Below, one piece after another: positions 53,210 to 61,801 of a DNA stretch of 64,000 nt (the first letter of the stretch is position 1; the number at the start of each line of letters is the position of its first letter). Under the pieces are notes generated by a model. The model saw nothing but the letters and a program-made list of their open reading frames with translations, had not been told where the DNA came from and searched no databases. The stretch is from Gemmatimonadales bacterium (GTDB lineage: Bacteria > Gemmatimonadota > Gemmatimonadetes > Gemmatimonadales > GWC2-71-9), in the NCBI GenBank assembly GCA_037189525.1, contig JBBCJC010000001.1, positions 96,001 to 160,000 of the forward strand, in the 5' to 3' direction. The position numbers were made by a program, and so were the translations under genes.

Positions 53210-54798
53210 TTCGGCGCCTCCTCCCGGTCGCTGGCGCAAAGCGCGAGCAGATCCAGGGCATCGTCCGGTTCCACCGTTTCCAGCGCGGCGATCTCGCGCC
53301 GGAATGTCTCGAAGGCCGCCAGCACGTCGCCGTCCAATCCCACCGCGGCGGTGACCGTCCGCACTCGGCGCCGGTCGACTCGCGCCTGGAGTTCGGCCTC
53401 GCGATCGTGATAGAACCGCTGCTCGAGCCACTTGGGGCCTTCGCGTCCCACGCAGTCGCGCGGGGGGCACCCCGTCACCATCACCCCGCCGGCTCCCTGG
53501 CGCAGCAGCAACTCGACCACCGAGGAATGCAGTCCGCCCACGCAGGGCACCTCGTGGATATACGCACCCAGCGAGGCCAGCCGATGGCGGAGGGAGGCCG
53601 CTCCTTGTGCGCAGGCGACGACTACGAGACGTCCGCCCGGTTCCGGCGGTAGACCGGATACAGGCCCCTCGCGAATGACGGCGAATTGGTCGCGGCCCGT
53701 GCGTCCGGGCGGCCCCACCCCCATCGGTGCGCAGGAGCCGGCGCAGATCCCGCAACTCACGCAGAGGCTCGGATCGACCCGGGCCACCAGTGTCGGCCGA
53801 TCGTCGTCGCGCTCGACCATCCGGATGGCTTCCCAGGGGCAGTCCTGGGTGCACTGGTCGCATCCGGTGCAGCGCTGCGGGTCTACCACGCTCTGTGCCC
53901 AGCTTCCGGTGCGCGGCCGGCGAGCCAGCCGGGGCACGAGCAGCGCTCCCAGGCCCAGTACCCCGATCGTCATCCAGACCGCCCAGGCGGGAGCCCGCTC
54001 CGCCATGGGCAGCCACCACGTGGTCGTCAGCGCGAGCGGCGTCTCGCTGGGCAGGCCGAGCAGGTCGGCCGCCGGGCCGAGCGGCGCGGGCAGCACCACG
54101 GCAATGCCGAGCAGCGTCAGCGTCACGGTCCAGCGAATGACACGCGGCGGCGTCAGCACCGGGCGAGCCACCTTCGAGATGTGGAGCCAGAGGCCGGTCC
54201 CCATCGCGAGCGGAAGCGCAATGTGAATGAACAGGTTGAGAAAGAAAAAAGTTCCCGGCACCGGCCGGTCGCCGGCAAAGAGACGGCTGACCGGCTCGGA
54301 AACGATCGGCAACGCGTCGACGAGGCGCGCCCCCATCACAGCAATCCTGAGACCCAGCGTGTCCCAGGCCATCACGAACCCGGTCCAGGCGCAGAGGAGC
54401 CCGACGCCGAAGAGGAAGATCCCGCTCACCCAGGCGCGCGTGCGCGGCCCCCACTCGCGCGCCTGTCCCACCAGACGCACCGCATGGAGCAGCGCCGCGA
54501 GCACGAAGGCGTCGGTGGCGTACCGATGCAGCGACCGGACCCACGAACCGAGCCACGGGTCGGCCGCCAGCCGCGCGACCGATTCGGCCGGCGCGCCGAT
54601 CCGATAGACGAGCAGGAGATAGAGACCGGTGACGGTCAGGATGAGCAGCAGCCAGGACGCCAGCGCGCCGCTCTGGTGCAGCGGGTTTCCGCGCCAGCCG
54701 TAGACGCGGTGCATCAGGGCGTCGAGGGCGCGCGTCATCCGGCGCAGGGTGGCTTCCACCCGGCGCATCGCCCGAAGGCGTGCAGTGATAGACGGCAT
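53206..54798 (-). CDS. Cytochrome b + 2x[4Fe-4S] ferredoxin + MvhD/FlpD-like [2Fe-2S] fusion protein
   Basis: Two H-x13-H pairs (HRYATDAFVLAALLH; HIALPLAMGTGLWLH); CTGCDQCTQDCP and CVSCGICAGSC; VVACA, VPCVG, GCPPRDC. Confidence 0.85.
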   Translation of the reverse strand: MPSITARLRAMRRVEATLRRMTRALDALMHRVYGWRGNPLHQSGALASWLLLILTVTGLYLLLVYRIGAPAESVARLAADPWLGSWVRSLHRYATDAFVLAALLHAVRLVGQAREWGPRTRAWVSGIFLFGVGLLCAWTGFVMAWDTLGLRIAVMGARLVDALPIVSEPVSRLFAGDRPVPGTFFFLNLFIHIALPLAMGTGLWLHISKVARPVLTPPRVIRWTVTLTLLGIAVVLPAPLGPAADLLGLPSETPLALTTTWWLPMAERAPAWAVWMTIGVLGLGALLVPRLARRPRTGSWAQSVVDPQRCTGCDQCTQDCPWEAIRMVERDDDRPTLVARVDPSLCVSCGICAGSCAPMGVGPPGRTGRDQFAVIREGPVSGLPPEPGGRLVVVACAQGAASLRHRLASLGAYIHEVPCVGGLHSSVVELLLRQGAGGVMVTGCPPRDCVGREGPKWLEQRFYHDREAELQARVDRRRVRTVTAAVGLDGDVLAAFETFRREIAALETVEPDDALDLLALCASDREEAPK

Positions 54799-54799
54799 C

Positions 54800-54836
54800 T
54801 TGTGGAATATATATCACCTCTATATGATATTTACAA
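54800..54836. promoter_or_regulatory. AT-rich divergent promoter with palindromic operator candidate
   Basis: ATATCA-N8-TGATAT (54811-54830) inside TTGT...ACAA; minus-strand TATATT 7 nt before ATG 54798. Confidence 0.55.
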
Positions 54837-54888
54837 ATGTCCACTTCCGAATCCCGTCCCGTTTCCGTTTCCCGAGGAGCGTCCGCCG

Positions 54889-55056
54889 ATGGATCCGACC
54901 GATCCGCGCGTCCCCGACGAGCCCGTTCCGTTGATGCAGCGTCTCTACGACAACATCTGGCTGCTCCTGGTTGCCGGTCTCGTGGTCATGTTCGTCGTCT
55001 ATACCGGCTGGGGCATGTGGGAGATCCTCACGATGCCGGCCGGCACTCTCCCGTGA
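54889..55056 (+). CDS. Small single-TM subunit of the heme-copper complex (IIa-like)
   Basis: 55 aa, PLMQRLYDNIWLLLVAGLVVMFVVYTGWG; GAGGAG RBS; first gene of the oxidase operon. Confidence 0.75.
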   Translation: MDPTDPRVPDEPVPLMQRLYDNIWLLLVAGLVVMFVVYTGWGMWEILTMPAGTLP

Positions 55057-55063
55057 GGCATCG

Positions 55064-55669
55064 ATGCTGACCAAGATCCACACGGGGCTCGACCCCGTCC
55101 CGGGTGTCTGGTGGCGCCCTGCGCACAAATCGGAAAAGATCTGGGTGGCGATCGCGTTCGCCTGGTGTATGGTGCTCTTCGCGATGATGCCGCTCTGGCA
55201 CTGGAAGGGCGGCCAGAACCCGTCCGGGATCCGCAGCAAGGTGGATCCCAAGGCGTTCTATTCCCGGACCGTCGCCTTCGCGCGCGAGTACCGAGTCGGC
55301 GAGGATCGGGGCATCCCGATCGTCGCGCCGCCGCCGGGCAGCGACATCTATCTCACCGCGCTCTCGTTCCAGTGGTATCCCATCCTCCAGCTCGAGAAGG
55401 ACAAGGAGTACATCCTCCATCTCTCCGCGCTGGATGTGAATCACGGGTTCAGTCTCTATCCGCTCAACGTGAACTTCCAGGTGGTGCCGGGCTACGACTA
55501 CGGGCTCCGCGTCACCCCGACCGCGACGGGTGATTTCCGGATCATCTGCAACGAGTTCTGCGGGATCGGCCATCACACCATGGTGGGCAGGATGATCGTC
55601 GTCGACGCGAACGGCAGTCCGGTCGCCGACAACGCCGCAGCGGCAGTGCGGCGGGAGGAGGCACGATGA
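55064..55669 (+). CDS. Heme-copper oxidase subunit II with CuA centre
   Basis: One TM; FQWYP; DVNHGF; CNEFCGIGHHTM CuA motif. Confidence 0.93.
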   Translation: MLTKIHTGLDPVPGVWWRPAHKSEKIWVAIAFAWCMVLFAMMPLWHWKGGQNPSGIRSKVDPKAFYSRTVAFAREYRVGEDRGIPIVAPPPGSDIYLTALSFQWYPILQLEKDKEYILHLSALDVNHGFSLYPLNVNFQVVPGYDYGLRVTPTATGDFRIICNEFCGIGHHTMVGRMIVVDANGSPVADNAAAAVRREEAR

Positions 55670-57417
55670 CGGCCCCCGCACTCTCGCTCGACGCGTTCCG
55701 GACCTGTCAGTCCACCGGACGGCGCATCCACCGGCAGGTCGAGCCCCTCATCAAGGCCAACGCCGTCGTCGCCGTGGTCACACTCCTGATCGGAGCCGCC
55801 GCCGCGCTCCTGCTGGTGCTGACCCGCTGGCAAGCCGTGCATCTCCTGCCGGCGGAGTGGTACTACCGCCTGCTGGGCGTGCACGGCATGAACATGCTGA
55901 TCTTCTTCATCATCTACTTCGAGATGGCGGTCCTCTGGTTCGCAGGTACCGTGCTCCTCAATGCGCGCCCCGCCGCACCACGCTACGGCTGGTTCAACTT
56001 CGGCCTGATGGTGTTCGGGACGCTGATGGTGGAGTGGACTCAATGGACCGGCCGAGCCGACGTGCTCTTCACGTCCTACCCTCCCCTGCAGGCGCACTGG
56101 GCCTTCTATCTCGGCATCATCCTGTTCGCGGTCGGTGCGCTGGGCGTCACGGCACAGTTCTTCGCCACGATCACGATCGCCAAGCGGGAGCGGACCTACG
56201 AAGGATCGATGCCGCTCGTGGTCTACGGCGCGCTGACGGCGGCGATCATCGCCGTCATCACCCTGCTCCACGGCGCCATCATCTACATCCCGACCTTCCT
56301 CTGGTCGATCGGCCTGATCGAGCGGGTCGATCCCCAGGTCTACCGGATGATCTGGTGGGGGCTCGGCCATTCGTCGCAGCAGATCAACATGGCCGCCATG
56401 GTGGCAATCTGGTACATGCTCGGCGCGCTGACCGTAGGCGCCGTGGTGCTGAACGAAAAAGTCAGCCGTACCGCGTTCGTGCTCTATATCCTGTTCATCT
56501 CGATGGCGTCGGCGCACCACCTCCTCGTCGACCCCGGTTTCGGGTCCGCCTGGAAGATCACCAACACCTCGTACTTCATGTACATGGCGGTGCTCGCCTC
56601 CATGATCCACGGCTTCACCATCCCGGCCGGCATGGAGTTGGGCATGCGTCTGCGCGGCTTTACCCGTGGCCTCTTCGACTGGCTCCGTCGCGCACCGTGG
56701 GGCGACCCCGGCTTCAGCTCGCTGGTGCTGTCGGTGGTGGTTTTCGGGTTCGTCGGAGGCATCACGGGTGTCACGATCGGGACGGAGCAGATCAACATCA
56801 TCGTGCACAACACGCTCCGGGCGCCGGGACACTTCCACGCGACGGTGGTGAGCGGCACCGCGCTCGCGTTCATGGGAGCGACGTACTACCTCCTGCCACT
56901 CATCTTTCAGAAGAAGGTGGCGTTCTGGGGCTTTGCCAGGATCCAACCCTATCTCTTCTCGCTCGGCATCCTGCTCCTCTCGATCGGAATGACGTTTGCC
57001 GGCAGCTTCGGAGTGCCGCGCCGCCATTGGGATGCGTCGTTCTCCACCGCGATGTTCGACGTGACGATGAGCCCGGCGGTCGATCTCGTCCTTGCGATCA
57101 TGGGCATCGGCGGCATCCTCGCCGTGATAGGTGCATTCGGTTTCGTCGCCATAGCCGTGGCGTCCGTGTTCTTCGGGAAGCCGTTGGGTACGATCACGCC
57201 TGGTGTGGCAATGGCGGGAGTGCCGCAGGGCCTCACCCATCCGCCGGTACACGGCCCCGACGTCGATGCGCGTAACGAGGAACTCCACGCACCGGCACGC
57301 GACTGGATGGGCCCGACCCCCGGCACCATCGTCCTGGTAGCGGTCTTCCTGATCGCGTTCATGACGTACTACTTCACCAACTGGAAGTTGCTCTCGTTCC
57401 TCTGGAAGGTCGGATGA
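55666..57417 (+). CDS. Heme-copper oxidase superfamily subunit I, B-family-derived, probable eNOR-type nitric oxide reductase
   Basis: His ligands VHG, GHSSQQ, AHH, GHFH; GVPRR; cross-linking Tyr (HPxVY) replaced by Gln. Confidence 0.8.
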   Translation: MTAPALSLDAFRTCQSTGRRIHRQVEPLIKANAVVAVVTLLIGAAAALLLVLTRWQAVHLLPAEWYYRLLGVHGMNMLIFFIIYFEMAVLWFAGTVLLNARPAAPRYGWFNFGLMVFGTLMVEWTQWTGRADVLFTSYPPLQAHWAFYLGIILFAVGALGVTAQFFATITIAKRERTYEGSMPLVVYGALTAAIIAVITLLHGAIIYIPTFLWSIGLIERVDPQVYRMIWWGLGHSSQQINMAAMVAIWYMLGALTVGAVVLNEKVSRTAFVLYILFISMASAHHLLVDPGFGSAWKITNTSYFMYMAVLASMIHGFTIPAGMELGMRLRGFTRGLFDWLRRAPWGDPGFSSLVLSVVVFGFVGGITGVTIGTEQINIIVHNTLRAPGHFHATVVSGTALAFMGATYYLLPLIFQKKVAFWGFARIQPYLFSLGILLLSIGMTFAGSFGVPRRHWDASFSTAMFDVTMSPAVDLVLAIMGIGGILAVIGAFGFVAIAVASVFFGKPLGTITPGVAMAGVPQGLTHPPVHGPDVDARNEELHAPARDWMGPTPGTIVLVAVFLIAFMTYYFTNWKLLSFLWKVG

Positions 57418-58334
57418 TTCCGGCGCGAGCGTCGCGGCTGCCCCTGGCCGTCGTGGCGCTCGCCCTCGTGCTCGTCATTACCGCGGCCTGGTGGGCCCTG
57501 GCGCTCTGGCCGCTCGGTGCGGACACGCCGGACTGGATCGTGACGACCCGCGAAGTGTGTTTCGGCGCGTCGCGGACCGGTCTCCCGCATGCCGGCGGCT
57601 GGCTCCTCCTGATCGGCGAGCCGCTTGGCATGCTGGCGGTGCTGGTGGTGGTCTGGGGCGCCGAACTGCGCCAGGGACTCAGCCGTCTCCACCGGACGAT
57701 CCCGGGGCAGTTGCTGAGCGCGACGGTGGTGGTCCTTTGCGGCATCGGACTCATGGCCGCCGGGCGCCGCATCGCCGACGCCAACCGGGACACAGCCGTC
57801 TTCAATCCTGCAACACCGCTGCCGGCGCGCGACGATGCCCCTGCTCCCGCCCTTGCCCTCATCGATCAGCATGGCGAGACGACCGATCTCACCGCCTTTC
57901 GCGGCCGGTGGGCTCTGGTGACATTCGCCTTCGGTCACTGCGAGGACATCTGTCCCGTCATCGTCGACATCGCCAAGCGCGCGCGGCGGGACGCCCAAGT
58001 CGAACATGTTCCGATTCTGGTGGTGACACTCGACCCCTGGCGCGATACGCCGGGGCGTCTCCCGGCCATCGCCGATGCCTGGACGCTCGGCACGGACGAT
58101 CGGGTCCTCTCCGGTAGCATTGCGGACGTGACGGCAGCCCTCGACAGCTGGGGAATTGCCCGCCAGCGTGACGAACGCACCGGCGACGTGGTCCACGGCA
58201 GCACGATAGTAGTAGTGGATCCGGAGGGGCGCGCAGCATGGCGCCTCGACGGGGCGCCGCACCGGGTGCGCGAGGCGCTGGAGATCGTGGCTGCAGACGA
58301 GAGCACACCGGCCCGCTTCACGTCATCGAGATAG
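57414..58334 (+). CDS. SCO/SenC copper chaperone with N-terminal membrane domain
   Basis: LIDQHG, FGHCEDICP (CxxxC), VTLDPWRDTP, VVHGS. Confidence 0.9.
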   Translation: MIPARASRLPLAVVALALVLVITAAWWALALWPLGADTPDWIVTTREVCFGASRTGLPHAGGWLLLIGEPLGMLAVLVVVWGAELRQGLSRLHRTIPGQLLSATVVVLCGIGLMAAGRRIADANRDTAVFNPATPLPARDDAPAPALALIDQHGETTDLTAFRGRWALVTFAFGHCEDICPVIVDIAKRARRDAQVEHVPILVVTLDPWRDTPGRLPAIADAWTLGTDDRVLSGSIADVTAALDSWGIARQRDERTGDVVHGSTIVVVDPEGRAAWRLDGAPHRVREALEIVAADESTPARFTSSR

Positions 58335-58516
58335 CCTGCGGGCGGCCGTCCGGATTGGGCGGGCCTTTCTTCGAGATCGCCCTGAAGACGATGGGTGTTC
58401 TCCGGCCGCGCCTTGCCCCACCGCGACGGCCAGCCCTGTCACCCCGAAACGCGATCGGCGGTCCGGTGTAGATTTCTCCCCCAGCCACCTGCTGATTCAC
58501 CCATCGGGAGAGGTCA

Positions 58517-59341
58517 TTGAACCGTCGAGCACTGCTGGCCTCGCTCTCCCTCTTCGGGGGAGTTTTGGGTTGCGGCCGGACGGCGAATACACCGCCCCCG
58601 GTCGTTACGGTCTTCGCCGCGGCTTCGCTCTCGGGCGCGTTTGCGGAACTGGGCCAGCTCCTCGAGCAACGACAGACCGGATTGACGGTCCGGTTCAACT
58701 TTGCCGGCTCGCAGCAGCTCGCCCTGCAGATCCATCAGGGCGCTGCGGCGGATGTATTCGCCTCGGCCGACGAGCGCTGGATACGTGCCGTGTCCGACAG
58801 CGGGCTCGTGGCCGGCGCGGCGGAGATCTTCGCGCACAACAGCCTGGTGGTGATCGTCCCCACCGCCAACCCCGGCCGGATCGAGCGACTCGAGGACCTG
58901 ACACGCCGAGGGCTCAAGCTGGTGCTGGCGACCGAGACGGTCCCGGTAGGCAAGTACAGCCGAGAAGTACTCGGCAAGCTATCCGGTGCTCCGGGCTTCG
59001 GGACGACCTATGCCGAGCTGGCGCTGCGCAACGTGGTGTCGTTCGAAGAGAATGTGAAGGCCGTCGCCGCCAAGGTGCAGCTCGGCGAGGCCGATGCCGG
59101 CATCGTCTACCGCTCCGACGTGACCTCGGCCACCGCACCCCAGGTCCGCATCATTCCGATCCCGGATCAGTACAACGTCGTGGCCGACTATCCGATCGCC
59201 GTACTCGCGCGGGCCAGAAACGAGGCCGGTGCGCGGGCCTTCCATGACCTGGTGCTCTCGGCGGAGGGCCAAGCAGTGCTCGAGCGCCACGGACTCACGC
59301 CTGCCGGTGTCGGCTCCGTGCCAACCTCGGACGCGCCCTGA
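58517..59341 (+). CDS. modA: Molybdate ABC transporter substrate-binding lipoprotein
   Basis: LGC lipobox; VFAAASL, FAGSQQL, ADVFASA, VPVGKY, ADAGIVYRSD. Confidence 0.94.
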   Translation: MNRRALLASLSLFGGVLGCGRTANTPPPVVTVFAAASLSGAFAELGQLLEQRQTGLTVRFNFAGSQQLALQIHQGAAADVFASADERWIRAVSDSGLVAGAAEIFAHNSLVVIVPTANPGRIERLEDLTRRGLKLVLATETVPVGKYSREVLGKLSGAPGFGTTYAELALRNVVSFEENVKAVAAKVQLGEADAGIVYRSDVTSATAPQVRIIPIPDQYNVVADYPIAVLARARNEAGARAFHDLVLSAEGQAVLERHGLTPAGVGSVPTSDAP

Positions 59342-59346
59342 CACCC

Positions 59347-60174
59347 ATGCTGCGATGGTCGACGGTGCTGGCCCGTATCGGGGTCGGTCTGGCGGTGGCT
59401 CTGCTCGTGCTGCTGATCGCGCTGCCGCTCTTGGGCCTCGTGCTCCGTATCGCGCCGGGCGACCTGATCCACCAGCTGCGCCAGCCGATCGTCCTCGACG
59501 CCTTGCGTCTCAGCCTGATCACCAGCGTCACCGCAACGATGCTGGTCATCGGGCTCGGGTTGCCGGTAGCCGGGCTGATTGCCACCAAGGAGTTCCCCGG
59601 CAAGCGCGCGCTGGAGGTGCTGATCGAGCTGCCGATGGTGCTGCCGCCCACCGTGGCCGGGCTCGGGCTGCTGCTCGCCTTCGGGCGGACCGGGCTTGCA
59701 GGCCGATCACTGGACGCTCTGGGGATCAGCCTGCCCTTCAGCACCGCCGCGGTGGTGCTGGCGCAGGCATTCGTGGCGGCGCCCTTCTTCATCACTGCCT
59801 CGGTGGCAGGCTTCCGCGAAGTCGAGCGCCGCTATCTCGACACCGCGGCGACGTTAGGCGCTCCCCCGCTCACCCAGCTCATTCGGGTGATCCTGCCGCT
59901 CAGTCTGCCGTCGCTCCTGGCAGGGGCCGCCATGGGATGGGCGCGCGCCCTGGGCGAGTTCGGAGCGACCATCACGTTCGCCGGCAATCTCCAGGGCGTC
60001 ACCCAGACGATGCCCTTGGCGGTCTATCTGGCGCTGGAGGCCGATCTCCGCGCGGCGGTGGCGCTCGCCGTGCTCCTGCTGCTCGTCTCGGTGGTACTGC
60101 TCCTCGCGGTTCGCACCGTGGCCCCTCGTCATCGTCTCAGTTCTGCAGCGCATGCTGTCCGCCACACTCCATAA
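59347..60174 (+). CDS. modB: Molybdate ABC transporter permease
   Basis: LPMVLPPTVAGLGLL, ARALGEFGAT, TQTMPLAVY. Confidence 0.93.
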   Translation: MLRWSTVLARIGVGLAVALLVLLIALPLLGLVLRIAPGDLIHQLRQPIVLDALRLSLITSVTATMLVIGLGLPVAGLIATKEFPGKRALEVLIELPMVLPPTVAGLGLLLAFGRTGLAGRSLDALGISLPFSTAAVVLAQAFVAAPFFITASVAGFREVERRYLDTAATLGAPPLTQLIRVILPLSLPSLLAGAAMGWARALGEFGATITFAGNLQGVTQTMPLAVYLALEADLRAAVALAVLLLLVSVVLLLAVRTVAPRHRLSSAAHAVRHTP

Positions 60175-61234
60175 ACGGCTCGGTGGGTTCGAGCTCACGG
60201 CGTCGCTCGAAGCGGAGCCAGGCACCACCCTCGTGCTCGTGGGTGAGAGCGGGGCCGGCAAGACGTCGGTGCTCCGTCTCCTGGCCGGACTCGAGCGGCC
60301 CGACGAGGGACGGATCGTGCTCGACGGCGTCACTTGGTTCGACGGAGCGCGCGGCCTCTTCGTTCCGCCGTGGGATCGCGCCATCGGGTATCTTGGGCAG
60401 GACTATGTCCTGTTCCCTCACTTCAGCGTATTCGACAACGTCGCCTTCGGGCTTCGCACCCGGCGGTTGCCGAAATCGGCGATTCGCGCCAGGGTGACGG
60501 ATGCGCTGGAGCAGCTGGGCATTGCGGACCTGGCCGATCGGCGTCCGGACCAGCTGTCCGGTGGCCAGCGGCAGCGTGTCGCGCTGGCCCGCACCCTGGC
60601 GCTCGAACCCCGCCTGCTGTTACTCGATGAGCCGCTCTCGGCCGTGGACCTGCAGACCAGGCGTACCGTGGCGCGAGAGCTCCGCCGAGTGCTCGCTCAG
60701 CTCTCGTGCGTGACGATCTATGTCACCCACCATCCGATCGAAGCTCTGACCTTCGGCGACCGGATCAGCGTGATCGAAGCCGGCCGGGTGAGTCAGACCG
60801 ACACGGCGGAGGTGTTACTGCGACGGCCACGCTCGCCGTATGCTGCGGAGCTGCTGGGTGTCAACCTGTTCCGGGGAACGATTCGCGCCGGCGACCCCAC
60901 CACCGTCGTGACCGACTCGGGTGCGATCGCCGTGGCAGGCATCGAGTCGGAGGCGGGCGTCGAGCCCGACGGTGAGGTCTGGCTTGCCGTCAACCCGCGT
61001 CACATCGTGCTCTCAGTCGAGCCGATGTCCACCTCGGCGCAGAATGTCTTTGAAGGGAAGATCACCGAGCTGATTCCGGAGCCACCGATGGGCGAGCGGG
61101 TCCGCGTCGTGCTCGCCACCACGCCGCCCCTGGTGGCCGAGGTGAGCGAGCACGCAGTGACGGAGCTCGGATTGCGACCGGGACTCGAAGTCTTCACCGC
61201 ATTCAAGGCAACCGGGGTGACGGTCTATCGGTAG
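60152..61234 (+). CDS. modC: Molybdate ABC transporter ATPase with TOBE domain
   Basis: GESGAGKT, LSGGQRQR, LLDEP; C-terminal SAQNVF..ELGLRPG..FKATGV. Confidence 0.9.
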   Translation: MLSATLHKRLGGFELTASLEAEPGTTLVLVGESGAGKTSVLRLLAGLERPDEGRIVLDGVTWFDGARGLFVPPWDRAIGYLGQDYVLFPHFSVFDNVAFGLRTRRLPKSAIRARVTDALEQLGIADLADRRPDQLSGGQRQRVALARTLALEPRLLLLDEPLSAVDLQTRRTVARELRRVLAQLSCVTIYVTHHPIEALTFGDRISVIEAGRVSQTDTAEVLLRRPRSPYAAELLGVNLFRGTIRAGDPTTVVTDSGAIAVAGIESEAGVEPDGEVWLAVNPRHIVLSVEPMSTSAQNVFEGKITELIPEPPMGERVRVVLATTPPLVAEVSEHAVTELGLRPGLEVFTAFKATGVTVYR

Positions 61235-61295
61235 TCTGGCATCATGAGGCGAGTCGAATCGGTTGTTTAGGAATTCGGCCGAGTTCTAGTTGAAT

Positions 61296-61393
61296 GCCTA
61301 ACACGCGGTTGACCTGTGGGATGCGGCCCAAGCTTTCAGAAAAAGAGGTGGTCCGCATCAAGCTTTACAAGTCGCATAGCAAGGTGTTCATGC
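61296..61393 (-). repeat. Degenerate attC-like site
   Basis: Minus strand GCATGAAC...GATGCGG..CCGCATC...GTTAGGC directly downstream of a small ORF. Confidence 0.45.
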
Positions 61394-61402
61394 GGATAGA
61401 AA

Positions 61403-61621
61403 TCACGTGCGGAAACGGCGACGACGCACAAGTATGAATAGACCGATTACGATACAAACCAGTCCTACGGCCAGCCAGGTACTCGAACCTCCAACGAGCG
61501 GCTCGCAGTTGGCAAAACACAGGATCGGCTTGATCGTTATCAGGTCAGCCCCTTGAAGAGTCCATAGCACTCCGAGAGACGTCAGCACGATCCCGAAAGC
61601 GATTCTCACGACGCTTCGCAT
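61403..61621 (-). CDS. Small 2-TM membrane protein (cassette-like)
   Basis: 72 aa, LWTLQG, CFANC, basic tail; GAGG RBS; visibly less GC-rich than flanks. Confidence 0.75.
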   Translation of the reverse strand: MRSVVRIAFGIVLTSLGVLWTLQGADLITIKPILCFANCEPLVGGSSTWLAVGLVCIVIGLFILVRRRRFRT

Positions 61622-61658
61622 GGTGGTATACCTCGTTGAGGCTCACTGAGGGCGCACA

Positions 61659-61756
61659 TCCTCACAGTTCGTAGTTCTACCGTGCTGGCCGTCGGGAGGC
61701 GCCGCCGCACGGCAAGATCGCCCGCCGCCCACGCCAGCAACAAGCGCCTGTTCGAG
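61659..61756 (-). repeat. Degenerate attC-like site
   Basis: Minus strand CTCGAAC-AGGCGCTTGTTGCTGGC...GCCAGCA...GTGAGGA; about the same length as the 61296 site. Confidence 0.35.
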
Positions 61757-61801
61757 GGTAGGCCTCCCCTACCCGGCCTCGCCTGGCACCCGAACGTCCG
61801 A

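Noticed and set aside
53210..54844. 722-aa ORF 52676-54844 as one protein
   Set aside because: The upstream part is an alternate frame of the cytb-Fd-MvhD gene; only 52676-53209 has an RBS and protein-like composition
55666..57417. Calling subunit I a ba3/cbb3 cytochrome c oxidase or norB
   Set aside because: Lacks both HPxVY Tyr and HLWVEG Glu; gene symbol withheld
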